Assembly (NCBI GenBank): GCA_013265495.1
Contig: MU058463.1
Location: forward strand, 4,362,244-4,426,243
DNA: 64,000 nucleotides
Reading direction: 5' to 3'
Origin: Vicugna vicugna
Taxonomy: Eukaryota
Positions 50,070 through 63,649 of the stretch are shown here, in pieces (position 1 is the first letter of the stretch; each line of letters opens with the position of its first letter). The notes beneath the pieces are model-generated. The model made no database searches. It saw only the letters and a program-made list of their open reading frames with translations, and was not told the origin of the DNA. Both the position numbers and the translations under genes were made by a program.

Positions 50070-52470
50070 CTTTAAAAGAAAAAAAATCATACTTGGTCAC
50101 CATAAAAAAATCAAGTAATGCTGAGAATTACAAAGCTGAAATTAAATATCTTCCTAAACTTCACCACCCAGAAACAACCAGTGGTTATTTCAGATACCTC
50201 TCTATGCATATTGGAAAGGTAGACATAGAGATGTAAACACTTATAGAAAAATGAGGTTATTCTGCAAATGCTACTTGAAAGTAATATGCATTAAGTTTTA
50301 TTTTAATTTAACCAAAAGAAGAAGAAACAGAATTAAAATGAAGTGTTGGCTGAAAATCAGATAAATTTTCGCTGTAAGGCAAATTGGCTCTCAAGGAATC
50401 TTGGTAAGAATATAGAAGGAATGTAGTGATTTTGTAAAACCACAGATTTAAATTACAGACAGTGTCTGTTGACTCCTTGCTCTGAAGATTAGAAAATTAG
50501 CACACTTCCTTCCTCCAGCTCTGTCTCTGTAAGTTTTTTTTTATTATTTATATTATAATTTTTTCTATTTTCAAGATTTTTGAGAGACATATTCTGGTTA
50601 AGCATAGTTCTATGTACACATTGATTCAATGTTTACCACCATTTCTTTCCAAAGTAATTTATTTTGGTTCACTTTTCAGTTGACTGGATTTTACCTTCTA
50701 GTAGGTTTTTTTTTTCTCTTTCTTTCTTTCCTTTTTTAAGTCTTATAGGTCATAGAATCTCTAAGTTCTTGCCCACTTGAAGATATTTGTCTTTTTCTTT
50801 TGTTTTAGTTCTTGAAGGAAAAAATAGGCTTTAAATAAAATTCTTGGCTCAAACTTACTCTCAAGACTATAAATACTTGATCACTATTTTCTAGAATTGA
50901 AAAATTGGAGAAATCTGGGGTCTACCTGATTAGTTATTTGCTTTTTATAGCCAGATTTAAGTAATGTTTGTTAAGTTTTAATGGCAGTCAGTAACTCTGC
51001 CAGGACATACACTGCTATCGATCATACTGGGACTGTTTGCACAGCTACACGTTGTAGTCTTACAATTTGTATATGAAGGATATAGTTCAAGAAAGTTTAT
51101 TCATTTTTCTATGATTGTAGGCTTTTTTTCTGTTCCATTTATTGTGTTCTGTCAAGAACACATGCATATGTGAATTTTTTGGGTCTGTCTTCCATATCTA
51201 TCACTTTTTATAGACATTTTTAATATATTATTCCTTTCCATCTCATTTTGCTTAATTTTCTCAATCCTATTTACTGTGTCCCTGAGGATATTGTCAGTTG
51301 TGCTTTTATTACATTTTCTTAGTTTCTTCTAGTATAGCTTCTATCTCTGAAATGGTTTTATTTTTCTCTTCTATTTATTTCCTGAATTCTGCTTACTTGT
51401 ATATGACATTCTTCTATAATTTAACAAGCTCTTCTTTGAACTGTCTTTTCCTTTGGACTTACACTCCCCCGCTCCACCCCGTACAGATAGTTTTGCCTGT
51501 CTTTTCTATGAGACCAAGGAGAGCTATTTGTCTTTTATCTTCATCTGCACTGCCCTCCACCCCCCAATCACTCCTCATTTTTGAATGGATCCAATTGTTT
51601 ACTGACAAGTTGATGTATTTGTGTGTCAGAAGTGGGATTAGGGTGAGATAAACAAGGTGCTTGGGATGCAAAATTTAAGAAGGCAACAGACTTTCAGGGT
51701 CTCCCTGGGCTCCTTGCTTGCCTCACCTTACCGAGCCCTGGTGTGTGTGTGTGTGTGTGTGTGTCTTTGTGTGTGCAGAGAAGGAATGTAGAGTGTGATG
51801 GTAACATTGAGGGGGTGGCAGTGGTTGAGTAAGTCATGGAAACCCATTGCCCCCTTAGGATTTCTTGTCTTGAAAACTTTCTCCCTCCCCAAAGTGACAC
51901 TTCCCTTTTGCCCAGGGATATAATCTCCCGTGTTTTTCAGGATATGGAGGGTGGTTTAACTAACAGCAAAGCCATTCGTATCACAGGTGCACTATTCTCT
52001 GCCCATCACTGTTTCCTCTCCTCCCTCCACTCTGCTTCACATCTGGCTCTTTCCCTGGGATAAGAGGCTGAATCATCCCATAGAAAAGCAAGATGTCATG
52101 CTTTCCCTTTGAACTCCTCCTTTCTCCAGTTTTGTGATGTTGCACTATGACTGTTGAGGAACATTCCCTGCTTCTCTCATCATCTGTCCTCGTGTAAGAA
52201 CACATGGTTTCAGTTCAGAGATTATTGGCTATGCCCTTCACTTCTCGCAGGGGATATCTTTATCCTATCTGACATCTGAGGAACTGTGCACCTAGGCAGT
52301 TACCTGACTCTGTCTAGATTGCACAGTGCCTGGCAGGTGGGCCCTCAGGGTGTGTGGTTTGTGGTTGTGACACTGCCCCATGTTTTGCAGAAGTGGGAGA
52401 TTTTCCTCTGCATTTTTAGATATTTTTGGTTGTTTTTGTGGGTTTTTTAGGGTGGCAAGCTGAGCAAAAA
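50070..52470 (-). mobile_element. Very old L1/HAL1-like sequence
   Basis: T-rich antisense L1-like composition (aaaattcttggctcaaac..., ggagaaatctggggtc...); contains (TG)n at about 51741-51764. Confidence 0.55.
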
Positions 52471-52559
52471 TGCTTTTATGCTATCTTCAACAACAGATAA
52501 CATATTTGCAGGCACATTAGCAGATGCATGATAGTCACTGATTAATTGTGGCTGTGAAG

Positions 52560-53022
52560 ATCTAGGGTAGAGCTTTAAAACAGGCAGAGTGAAAGGAGGA
52601 GGGGAGGATTGAGAAGGGCACACTGCTGCTGTTGAGGCTGTACTTCCACAAGGTGCAAATTTTTCCCTTTTCTCCACCCTCCAAGCTGAAATTAGGGGCA
52701 TTGATTAAGAAAGGAGGGACATTTCTCTTAGCATTTCATCTTTGTTACAAGGAAGCTGAGCAGTGGAGGCCCTTTTCTAAGCCTAGGGCTGGAGATCCCA
52801 ACTATAGAGAATGTGCAGGAGTGTTATCCATGCATTGCCATTTCCAGACACAGATAAGCTGTTGTGATCCACCTGGTGAGTCATTCACTTCATAGTTTGC
52901 CTACAGCAGACTCAGGGTCTCCTTGGAGCCAGATTGCTGTTTGGGTCTTTCCCAGGCTCCTCCTTGGACCAGCTGGCCTCTTTACTTAATCTAAATAATT
53001 TTTTTGGTTTTAGAAAAATAGA
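52560..53022 (-). pseudogene. Candidate large exon remnant
   Basis: VGKL*SE*LTR, TLLHILYSWDL, LISAWRV, KICTLWKY in shifting frames. Confidence 0.4.
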
Positions 53023-53032
53023 CTAAAAATAA

Positions 53033-53306
<274 letters not shown>

Positions 53307-54339
53307 TATTTTTTGCCCAGAAGATGGCAACACATTAATATAATTTCAAAAGACAATAATATTTAGAGAAAAAAGTCTTTTCTGAAAGTTGATTGTTTTA
53401 TTTTTATTGGTCTTAGAGTTAAAAACGATCTTTCAAGATTGTTGAGAATGACCTGATAGGCATTTTCAAGACTGATGGTAGCATCTCCTTTTCTGAGCCT
53501 TGTAAGAAAAGGTTAAATAGGAATAAGTTTTGCCTGGTTTGAAATCTTTAGTGTCGGGAAGAATGTGGATTTTTAGACAATTGTTTGAGTCTTTTCAGAT
53601 CTATGATTCTATAGAAAGTCCTTCCAAGTTTTTCAATGTAAAACTACTGTTTATAGAAAAACCAGAAAAGAAATAGTTATGGTAAATAATTTCTTTTAGC
53701 ATCTTTGGTGATCCTAGACTCAGTCCTTTTTTATTTTCTTTAACAACTCATTTGACATACTGAGTGCAAAAACTATTATTTTTTTGTTAAAGACCTTTGT
53801 CTCACTTGTAAAGCATGATAAATGATGTTCATAAGAGCTCAGATAATTCTGTCATGTAAATAAATAACTTTTTTTTTTAGGTTTGGACATTCTTGAATAA
53901 GCTGCTGTAAGTGTTCATCTAAACTTACAACATTTTAAGCGTCCATACAGTATTGAGATTATCTGCTGCTTTATTTGATATTTTCCATTTCCTCACTTTT
54001 TTTGAGTGCATGAAGTTTCAGTGTGCATTATATCTATTTAATTTATAGTTTTAAATAGCTGTAGTAACATCTTTGAGATTTACTCTTCATTTCTTTTTCC
54101 TTAAACTACTTCAATTGTTTTATCTGTTTTTAGCAACTTAAGTATAAAATTTAAACATGCACTTTACTCCATAAGGAATCATTTCTTGTGCTTATGAGTG
54201 TTTCTCTCCCTCATTTCTACCCCCTCCCTTTTTTTCATTCTCATCCTTTACTTCTGTCTACACTCCTCCTCGGAATCTACACTTGTTCATTTGGGAGTAG
54301 TCATGTATAATTAATTGCTTTGCCACTGATGGGATTGAC

Positions 54340-55996
54340 CATATGGCTGTCAAATTTGATACTGCAATGGCCCAACACTTTCTATATAATCCAGACAGTA
54401 CCATGAAATTGAGCATATTAGGTCAAATACTGTTGGCAAAAATTAGAGAATCAGTACTTCTAAAAAATCAATTTTTGCAAGCTCTAGTCATGTTGCATAT
54501 ATTTTTCTTTATCCCTCTGCTTCTTTCTTTTTCCTTTCCCACATGTTGCTTTGCTCGTGGTATTTTTTATGCTTCCTCTTTCCCATAATTCTTTGTCAAC
54601 TAGGACGAATTCTGAGCCCAGCCTGGGAGTTTCTCTCGTGTGAGCCTGACCTCTCCTCAAGCTCAACTTTCATTCTTCTCAAGAGATGGATTGCAGAAGG
54701 AGCAGATTTAAAATTCACTGCCTGCTCATGAATAAACATAGTAAAGAGAGATGGTGAAGTAAAGTTATATTACAAAATGTTTGTTTAAAAAGCTCATCAT
54801 TTTGCTCTCATGAGAATTTCTCTATTAAATTTACTTTAGCAAATAAGGACATCCATAAAAAAAAAAAAAACAAACCTACCTAGGGGGCTTCATAAAAAAT
54901 GCCCGCCAAAGAAAAGCATTTTATGTCATGAAAATACCAGCTCTGAGAAGTTAATGGGAGAGGTCACTGCTTTATGTTGGCCCCGGCTGTTTGGTTTCCC
55001 AGCGTGTCCCTTCACGTTCCATGCAAGCGCATGTGTGCAGGCAAGCACACGCGTGCCTGAAGCCCACACACTGATTAGAAGTTGGTTTACTGAAATTTCG
55101 TGATTGTTTTCATTTGTCAAAGTGCTTATTTAAAATCAATGAGGTTAATGACAGTCCACTCCCGTCTCAGTCTGTCCTCCTCCCCAGTCTTTATTCCCAG
55201 TGTAGTGAGAACTTGTTCTTCCCAAGTGGTTCAGCCGCAGTTGGGAACGATGTTCCTGAGTTGGTAGGTTCTCACTGTGGCTCTGAGTAAAAGACAGCTG
55301 TCTGCTGTCATAGCCCATACTGCTCGTTGCCCTGATAAAAAATGTATAACTCTGCTGCTCTCTTTCTAGTTTCTGTTGAACTCTCTCTGGCAAACAACTG
55401 TGAAGGCAGAATAGCAGACTATTTAAAAGCTGGGTTCTGGGGTTAGATCTGGGTCTCCATTCTGACCTCACCATTTACTACGTGGCAGTGAGAAAATTAT
55501 TTAAAACCTTTCTGTCTCCGTTTTCTCATCTATCAAATAGGTATTTGTGGAGACAAAATGAAATAATGCAGGGAACACCTGCTATCACAGAATAAAACGT
55601 CAGTAAAATGTCTCTCTTATTACTGTTGTCTTAGAATACTAACATGTGTTTGCAAGCCATTTTATTATTTTAAAGTCTTTTTACGTCCTTTTTATTCCAA
55701 GTAGATGCCTACCTTCGAAGGAGTCTGAAAGAGCACTGCCATTATCTGTATTCAGTGATCACTGGTATTTTTTTGAGCATCTGTGATTAGAACATTGGAC
55801 TGGGCTCTTTGGTTGTTACTGAAAAAATAGTGGAACATTTTCTTAATGTGCTAAATGTGTGGTTCAAACTAAATATAATGGCTGTGGGGTTCATTAAGTG
55901 AGGAGGACTTTTTGGAGAGCGGAGAGCGCATTTAGAATTCTGCGAAGCAGGCAAGGTCCCCTGTCCTTGCACAGAACAGACCAGGAGTTCAAAGAC
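54340..55996 (-). pseudogene. Candidate very large exon remnant (or two exons) spanning a MIR
   Basis: TLRKCSTIF, RLLRR*ASTWNK, QQSYTFFIRAT, QLLISVWAS, ELVFS*H, RKIYAT*LEL, LYRKCWAI. Confidence 0.35.
55403..55625 (+). mobile_element. MIR
   Basis: gatctgggtctccattctgacctcaccatttact...ccgttttctcatctatcaaat. Confidence 0.75.
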
Positions 55997-56069
55997 CTGC
56001 ATTTTAGCTCCATCTCTGACATTAACTAGGTGTCTTCATACCACTTACCCTTTTGGCATCTTAGTCTCT

Positions 56070-56750
56070 TGGTTGATCAGGTTAGTTTTCCAAAAGAACT
56101 GCTTCAGTCATGTTGTTTTACTGCTTAAAACCTCTCTCTTGCTCATTGAATTAAGGTCCAACTCTGTGCTTGGCATCCAGGGCCCACAGCCTGCTTTCCC
56201 GACCCTGCCTGCTGTGAAGCTGCGGCACGTGGCCCACACTCTATCGTGGGTGTCCTCACTCCCTAGGGCTTCTCTCGCTCTTTTGTCTCAGCCTGGCCTG
56301 ATTGCCCTGCTCCATCCCTGCCACGTTCTCCTATGATGAACACCCAGCTTCCCACCCAGCTGCCAAAGGCAGAGGTCTAGATGATCGTTTTTACACCCTC
56401 CCCCCAGCATCCCTCATCAAATGATCATTTGCCACCCAGTCCTTTTAAATCTCCCTTTAAATCTGCCCTCCATCCTGCTGGCCGGATGATCTTTCTAAAA
56501 TGCAGTTACAGTCATGTCACGCTCCTGCATACAGTCCTTCAATACTTCTCCATTAGTCTATAGAAAACAATCAAAAGCTTTTTGTGGCCCACTGTGTATT
56601 GTAGCTACATGTGCTTTTGCTTTGTCTTTCCTCTTGATTGTAAGTTATTAGAGAGCAGGGGATGATGTGTTACTCAGCTTTGTATTTCCCAAAGCACCTA
56701 GCAGAGCAGCTCGTATTTTAGTAGGTGTTCACTGCATGCCTGCTACGTGA
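56070..56750 (+). mobile_element. L2 3' fragments
   Basis: atgatctttctaaaatgcag...tgattgtaagttattagagagcagggg...cacctagcagagc. Confidence 0.7.
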
Positions 56751-56964
56751 TTCTGTCAAATAGAAGAACTAATATTATCGACTTACCCTTTTTCAAAGAT
56801 GATTCTATGAAGTGTTATATAGAAGAACACTGGTGAAATGAAATTGATCCAACCTCAGTAATGAAATTTCAAAAAAGAAAGAAAGAAAGAAAGAAAGCTT
56901 GGGCAAGGGCAAGTACATATTTATAAGTGCATCTGAAAACTTCATTTTGTTTCTATGAACTACT

Positions 56965-57489
56965 CAATAAAAACTCATCTTTGCATGCTTGATATTGGAG
57001 CCATGATGAACTGTTGCAAATCTCAAAAATAATGGCAGAGCTTAATGGATGGAGTCCCAAGAAGGTTGAGCTGGGATGTAGTCCATCTACAGAGCTCCCA
57101 ACAGCAAATAGGGCAGCAGGACTTGATGAGGTCTGGGCTCCCTGCAGACAGCCAACAAGCATTTAATGGGCATCCCAGAGGGGCTTAACGTTCCATACCA
57201 TTACTCAAGGACCTGCTTTCTTGGCCAAGATTACTTGGTAAATCCACTAAGCCAAGTGGCCCATTGCCAGAGTTCAAATAATCTCTTTTTCTCCCATCAG
57301 TTCTTGCTCTCCTCTCCTAGCTGCCGGGCACAGCATAGAGAATATGAGATGGGATGGCTCTCGTCCTGGTCCACTTTAAGCAATTATTTCACCATAAAAA
57401 TACAACTCAACACTGCTCCTTTTAAAGAGATGAAAACTTTCTGCTTAAAATTCAGTGACTCATTCCACTTGGACACAACCACATTCTTT
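56965..57489 (-). pseudogene. Candidate large exon remnant (KNVVVSKWNE...CIFMVK*LL...KKRLFELWQW...RKQVLE*WY)
   Basis: Acceptor ttttccgccctag; four motifs in a single frame; 3' boundary uncertain. Confidence 0.55.
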
Positions 57490-58658
57490 CTAGGGCGGAA
57501 ACCCTGAATTCAAATGCAGCTGGCCAAGTTGGGGAAAGAACTTTAAGCTGTTTCTGGGAAAGGACTTTAAGTCTCCTTACTGATGATGAGAAGCAATTAC
57601 TACTCTTTGCAAAGAGTTAGAAGCATAAGTGTGCTAGTGAATAATAATCTTGGACCCAGCCAGATAATGTTTTGGGTGGTGTTTTGATTAACATAAAAAA
57701 AATTTAAGCATCTGAGTTCTTGAATTCTTATGATACATTTAATTCTGGAGAAGCATCAAAGGGGGAAGAAGTACATACAGGAGTGAAAACAGGGTTAGGT
57801 TACTAGATATTTTTAATAGCAAAATGTCTTTTTGCTAAACTTTTTTGTAGCCAAAGCCAAATTGTTCGATGCTGTATGTAACGGGATAGTGGCCATATAT
57901 GATGGCTTATTATATGCCAGGATCTAAGCCAAGCTCTCACCCCGCAAGATTTCATTTAATCTTCCCATAGATGGACAGACCCTCTGTAACTGCCAAAATG
58001 AATCTACATTTGCCTGAGAGACCAATGGGTATTTATTCAGCACCCTGGTAGAATTATTTAGGGAAAAGCTATGACAAAGCAGGAAACATACAACACTGAG
58101 AGAAATGCAGTGTTTAACAGAATCCTAGTCAGGAAAGGAATGTTGAAGGAACAGGACTGATGCTAAATTCCCTTGGGCAGGTAAATCATCCCTTTCAGCC
58201 TTTATAAATCATGGAAGTGTGTAAGTTTTTCTGGTCTGCAAGTTTCTATAGTTGGCTGAGTCCTTGAGGATCACTTAGCACCATGTTCTCATCCAGGTTA
58301 AAGGGAATCCAGAAAGAAAGTAATTAGCCTCATTATCTAACCTAAAACCTTGTGCAGTGGACCTGGAGGCTCCTGAGCGCCTGCAGTGGTTTAAGGTCCC
58401 GGGGGGGGTGACATTTCAGTAGCTCACCAAGGCATTCTTTTGTGTATGTCTTACCAAATCCCTTAAGAGCATCTCTACAGCTTGGCAATTTTGAGGACAA
58501 ATCCTTTTCAAGTGTAAAATAAACAGGGATTTAAAAATCTTTCCTTCTGTTTCAGACAGAATTCCAGCTGTCTGCTTCTTCCTTCCCTCCAACAAAAACA
58601 AAACGAGTGACTGGTATCCATTTACAATCCACAGAGTTTAATCCTGGTGCTCTCTTAC

Positions 58659-58764
58659 AGGATGTATTCCATTTGCTGCATCTCCGACATCGGTGAGCTT
58701 TCCCATCTTCCTCATAATCTTAGTGTCGCTTGGTGCTTCTCCTCCTCATTGCAGCTCTGTTAGT
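58659..58764 (-). pseudogene. Candidate 106-nt exon remnant (EEEKHQATLRL*GRWESSPMSEMQQMEYI)
   Basis: Donor gtaaga; phase 1 in and phase 2 out match both neighbours. Confidence 0.5.
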
Positions 58765-59168
58765 CTGAGCATTTATTAGCTTTCCTATTGCTGTTTCTTT
58801 CTAATTTTTTTCCTTCATTTTTCCAGTCTTATCCTTTTCCTGCCCATCCACCGTGCTGCCACAGTTACCTTTACGAAACATACCACAGGTTTTATCTGTA
58901 TTAAACCTGCTTATATCTGGTGATAAGTCCCTACTGTTCCTGGGAACCTACAGGGTAAAGTACCTGCTCCCCGGTGTTGGCGTTTGAGGCAGAGCTTAAT
59001 TACTTCCCTTTCTTACTTTCCAGATTCAGAATCAATTGTGTGTTAAGACACACAAGCCAGATGGGGATGAAAATGTAGTATCCGGTTTACTGCCGAGCAC
59101 ACTGCACTGGGGCCTGGGCCAGAGGCAGGCTAAAATGCGGCTTCCTGCAATCCTTTCCTTGAACTTAC

Positions 59169-59297
59169 CCGTAAAGTTCAGGAAGAGCTGCTGGCGAACT
59201 GTAGCCCATTTCTTTTTGGTGCAGGTTTGGGGGCCTGGGGACTGCCTTACGGGTTGAGCAATCAATCATAAGCCTGTTTGCAGGGCTTGCTGCGTCT
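59169..59297 (-). pseudogene. Candidate 129-nt exon remnant (TQQALQTGL*...KKKWATVRQQLFLNFT)
   Basis: Acceptor gttatttccag; donor CGG|gtaagt; retained CpGs. Confidence 0.55.
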
Positions 59298-59649
59298 CTG
59301 GAAATAACACTTCCTTAAAATCTCAGAGGGAGGAACAGCCTATTCAGTTTCTGGAAATCCACTGGGCTAGCAACTAAGACACAATCATGTCACAGCATGG
59401 TCCTCGAATCCAACCTGTTTTCAGAGTTTCTGTCTCTTAGCAATGTCTTTACCTGCTTTCCTCCTGGTCCCTGTCCTTGGAACAGGCTGGGATAATGAGG
59501 TGCCCCACACGCTGCCAGATTTTCCCAGGCCACAGGGGTTTCTGAATATAGGATAGAGCATTCTCTGTGACTCAGTGACACACCCAGTTAAGGATGCCAC
59601 ACATCACATGGCCTACTCTCCAGGTTCTTTTTATAGTATCGCTTCCAAA

Positions 59650-59880
59650 ATAAAGGTCTTATTTTGAATTAACTTTAGTTTTACAGAAAAGTTGCAAAGA
59701 CAGTGAAGTTCCCATCTGTCCTTCACCTAGCTTTTCCTCTCATTGACATAACCATGATGAGTTTTTCAGAACTAGGAAATGAATATCACCCTTCCCGAAA
59801 ACGCAGACTTCATTCAGGTGTCAGCAGCTTTCTCACCACCGTGTTTCTTTTCTTCTAGGGTATCACATTGCCCTTCACCA
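59650..59880 (-). mobile_element. L1MB/MC 3' end fragment
   Basis: ttattttgaattaactttagttttacagaaaagttgcaaaga. Confidence 0.75.
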
Positions 59881-59929
59881 AGTTCTTTTGATTTACTCAT
59901 GGGACGAATTCTTTTATGTCAAATGCTGG

Positions 59930-60454
59930 TGTGGTAGAGTAATTGTCCTAATGGCCTCCATTTCTTATCCCTCCCTGTAACCAGGCTCCTTGCCATGTGA
60001 AATTTTAGCACCTCCTATAGAGAAGTGCGCTACCTCCCCATGCTGGAATCTGGGTTGACCTGGTGACTTGCTTTAGGCCAATAAAATGTAGCAGATAAAC
60101 GTGCCCATTCTGAGCCTGGGTTCCAAGAGGGTTTGGATGCTACTGCGCCCTCTCTGGGACCTGAGCCCCCTGCGTAAGAACAAGGCTGGGTGAGTCTTCT
60201 GAATTGATGAACTCATGAATGAGACAGGAGATATCCTAAGTGAATAGTGAAGCCATACTCGACAGCCAGGCCCCCTGCTGACCACAGATCCATGAGTGAG
60301 TCCAGCCAAGATCGGCCAAGCCTGCCCCCAGAGCAGCAGGATTACCCAAATGGCCTGTAGACTTGTGAGCAAAATAAATGTTTGGGACTGTGAGCCACTG
60401 TGGGTTTGTGGTTGCATTTAAGTAACAGTGTTGGGGTAATAGGTAATTTATACA
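59930..60454 (+). mobile_element. MaLR solo LTR (MLT1G/H-like)
   Basis: TG...CA termini; perfect 5-bp TSD gctgg; gtgacttgctttaggccaat motif. Confidence 0.88.
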
Positions 60455-60516
60455 GCTGGGTCTGGATGGTGGCTCAAGTTTCACTGTCACCAACAAGTTG
60501 AGTTACGTATGTTTAC

Positions 60517-61024
60517 TTTTTCATATTGTTGGTCTTCTTGGGACTGGCCTTAGACATCTGTAACCAGGTTTGGTGAACGCTTCTTGATAGGATTCCCCTT
60601 CTTGTGGTCTGAGTGGATCTGAATAGAAAACTCATACATAAAAAAATATTTCTCTTGTAATACTGGATAGTTCTTGGTGCTTTCCTGATCTGTGGTGTCA
60701 TTGGCTTGTGCACACTGACTAAAGTTGTGGGTCACCACAGTATGTCCCCAGATTTCTTTCTGTCTAATTCCAAGGTCAAGAAACTTCCGCATACTTGCTC
60801 TAGGTTTTTGCTGCTTTGGGTATTTCCCAAATAAGCTGTCTATGTTGGCAGCGTTTTCTGCTGACTGCAGTGGGTACAAGTCTGGAATTTAAATTTGATG
60901 TCTTCAGCCATCTTAGGTTAAACTTTTTTTTTCTTTCACAGGGTAGACAGTGGTCATTTTTTAAGAAGTGCTCTCAAAACTGTGGGGTCCTGCTTTGAGG
61001 CAAAACCAATTACAAAAGGATATT
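60517..61024 (-). pseudogene. Candidate large exon remnant
   Basis: ISFCNWF, KKFNLRWLK, QKTLPT*TAY, LQEKYFFMY, GILSRSVHQTWLQ; overlaps ORFs 60550..60879 and 60513..60713. Confidence 0.45.
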
Positions 61025-62259
61025 CTGTCATCTCATACAGTGCCCATTAAACAGCTTTACTGTCTACATCTTGGAGCGAAATACTGGGTCCCTGGAGAAG
61101 GTTCTAGTTTCCTCCCTTACAAGGTCTAAGCTTTTCCTCCGCCCTGTCTACTCTCTTGGATTCCTCCTACTTCCTACTGGGATAGTGGCTGTGTTCCCAG
61201 GATGACAAAGATGCTGGCAGCAGTCCCAAGGCTTTTGCCATTCTCCTTCCAGAGAATAACTTGCCCCCGACTGCCTTGCAAAGGGTAGTTTCAGTGTCTT
61301 TGGATGGGAAAGCAAGAGAGCAAGATGTTTCTAAGCTCCAGTCACAGCCATTGCCTGGGTGTATCAGATGAGGGAGGAGGTCTGGAGGTCTAAGTCCCTA
61401 TCTTAGGCTTTCAAAACTCCTCCTGTTTGTGGTCCTCTGCCCAACTTTTTGAGGCAACCATGTCCACAGTGGCCTGAGTCTTTCTGGGTTCTGTGGAGTG
61501 AAGTGACTCGCTTCATTCACTTGCTCTTCCCTTTCCCCTCACTAGTTGGGGCACTTGTTCAGCTTCTGGCTCCTTGAACACTTTTCCAACTTCCAAAAAT
61601 GTGTTGATGCCTCTTTTTCACTACTCTCTCCTTTTACATTCTCTTGGACCTTGTGATTTATATCTTTTAAAAAAATGCATTATTAATTTTTATTAAGCTT
61701 AGGAATTACACAAATGCATAACATTAATTTTCATGCCTTTTACACCTAAACTATTGAATAATTTATAAAACCAGTAAAAACCACTTGCTATCACAACCAT
61801 AAAGTTAATGATAAAAAATAACACACATCAATATTAAGAAATATTGAATAAATTAAATATCTTATTAAAAATAAAATGAAAATAAACACACCCTCAGAGG
61901 TAACTTGCATAGAACTTGATGCTACAGGAGTGGGTTTATATCTTGATTTGATTCCTTCACTCTTATTTTTGTAGGGTTTTGCAAGAGAGTTACATTCACA
62001 TCCCATCTGTCATCTTTAGCCTGAAGTCTTCAGACTTTTTAGATTTTTATGAACAAATATAAATTTGTTCTGTTATAGCTCAATAATTGTCTTCTTCAGG
62101 AATCTTATCTTGCTTTAAAAAAAAGTCACATAATAAATTATTTTAAAAGAAAAAAGAGGTTGAAACTAGAGAGTAAAACAGAACTCTTTTTTACTTCTAA
62201 AGATTTCAGTAACTTATAGTTACATGAATAGCAACAAACTTAAGTATCACTGGACATAC

Positions 62260-62497
62260 CTAGCATTTGATTATATACAGTTTTTGTTAAAGAGAATGGA
62301 TTTTCTTTTCTTATCACTGTTAGCACTGTCATTAACACAGAGCTCATATTCACTCGTATCATCTTAATCTCCCATATTACCCATAAACAATAGAGTTTCT
62401 CTGAGACACAAAGGAAGTAGCTCTGAGGCTCCTCTTCTGTGAACTTGATGTTGGCCATGTTAGGGACAGTATAGTGCCATGTCTGTTCCATAACATA
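62260..62497 (-). pseudogene. Candidate exon remnant (MEQTWHY...KLYCLWVIWEIK...VYNQML)
   Basis: Open frame (ORF 62240..62491); donor TAG|gtatgt. Confidence 0.5.
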
Positions 62498-63166
62498 TTA
62501 AGGATATGACATTACAATCAAATAATACCTAAGCTTTCACAGATGCAAATATTATTTTAAAAATATAGAAACTGGATCATAATGCATCCACTGTTTTGCA
62601 AGTTGCTAATTTCTCTTTATATATTGTGAGTCCTTTCCATGTCAGTAAAGAACTCACTCTTTTTTTTCAAAAATAACTTCTTAGATCTCTTCCAATTCAA
62701 AGCAATGTTGTAATAAACATGCTTTAAGATACTTTTTTGCTTATTTGTTTACGTATTTCTGTAACACCCCCCCCCCAGAGGAAGTAGAATTATGAGTCAC
62801 ATAGTCAGCACCCATTATATTTTAATAGATATGACCAGGCTGCCATTCAAAGCTATCAATGTAGGCTTTGCAAGCAATTGTCAGAATGCCCATTTTTTAA
62901 TCTCCTCTTCAAAACTGCATTTATCTTCTCCTTTTAATCTTCCTTATCTGATAAGTGAGACAGTACTGTCTTCGTTCACACTCTTAATTATCAGTATTGC
63001 CCTTTGCTCCACCACCAGCCTCCAGACAGACTCAAGCAAATACTTCTCTCCCATTTCTGATAAATGGTAGAAGAGCAAAGTCAGCCCTGAGGTTTTCAGC
63101 AAATCCAGATGTGTGCTCATTAAAGAGTGGTTGTCCTTGAGAACATGAATGATCTAAATAGCTTAC

Positions 63167-63508
63167 CTTGTTTACCTCCTGATTCTGTCCCTTTGGTGGC
63201 ATTTCAAACATACGCCAGATCAGGGTTCAAATGCTCTCTCCCCAGTGCTCTCTGAGAAGAGTTTGAACTCTTGGTAATAACTGTCTCTAGCTAGAGGGAG
63301 AAACACTTCTTTGACTTCCTTTCTTGGTGTTTTAGTCCAATCCTTGGGAGCTTCTTTCTGTATCAGTTCCCTGTGGGAGTCACTAGAGATATATTTTGAT
63401 TCTTTCTTTTAGGCATTTGAAACCTCTGGGCTCTTGTTCCCCTTCTTCCCCCATGAGATGTGGCCATGGGGCTGCTGCTTCTTCACCTGAAGCCCTGTGA
63501 AATGGGTT
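63167..63508 (-). pseudogene. Candidate exon remnant (RIKIYL**L / ERKSKKCFSL*LET / ERAFEP*S)
   Basis: Acceptor tctcttccttag; donor AAG|gtaagc. Confidence 0.5.
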
Positions 63509-63649
63509 CTAAGGAAGAGAGATTGGGCTAGTGCCTGACTCATGCCTGAGAAGGAGAAGCAAACTGGCTAAAGTTGTCTGTGTCTTCAAATTAGAGCAAG
63601 GAAGTGAGTTGGATTTCTATTATTAACCTCTTTAAATTCTCTAGGCTTC

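Noticed and set aside
54960..55340. Mildly CpG-enriched patch as a possible promoter
   Set aside because: Too short and CpG-poor for an island; better explained as residual exon sequence
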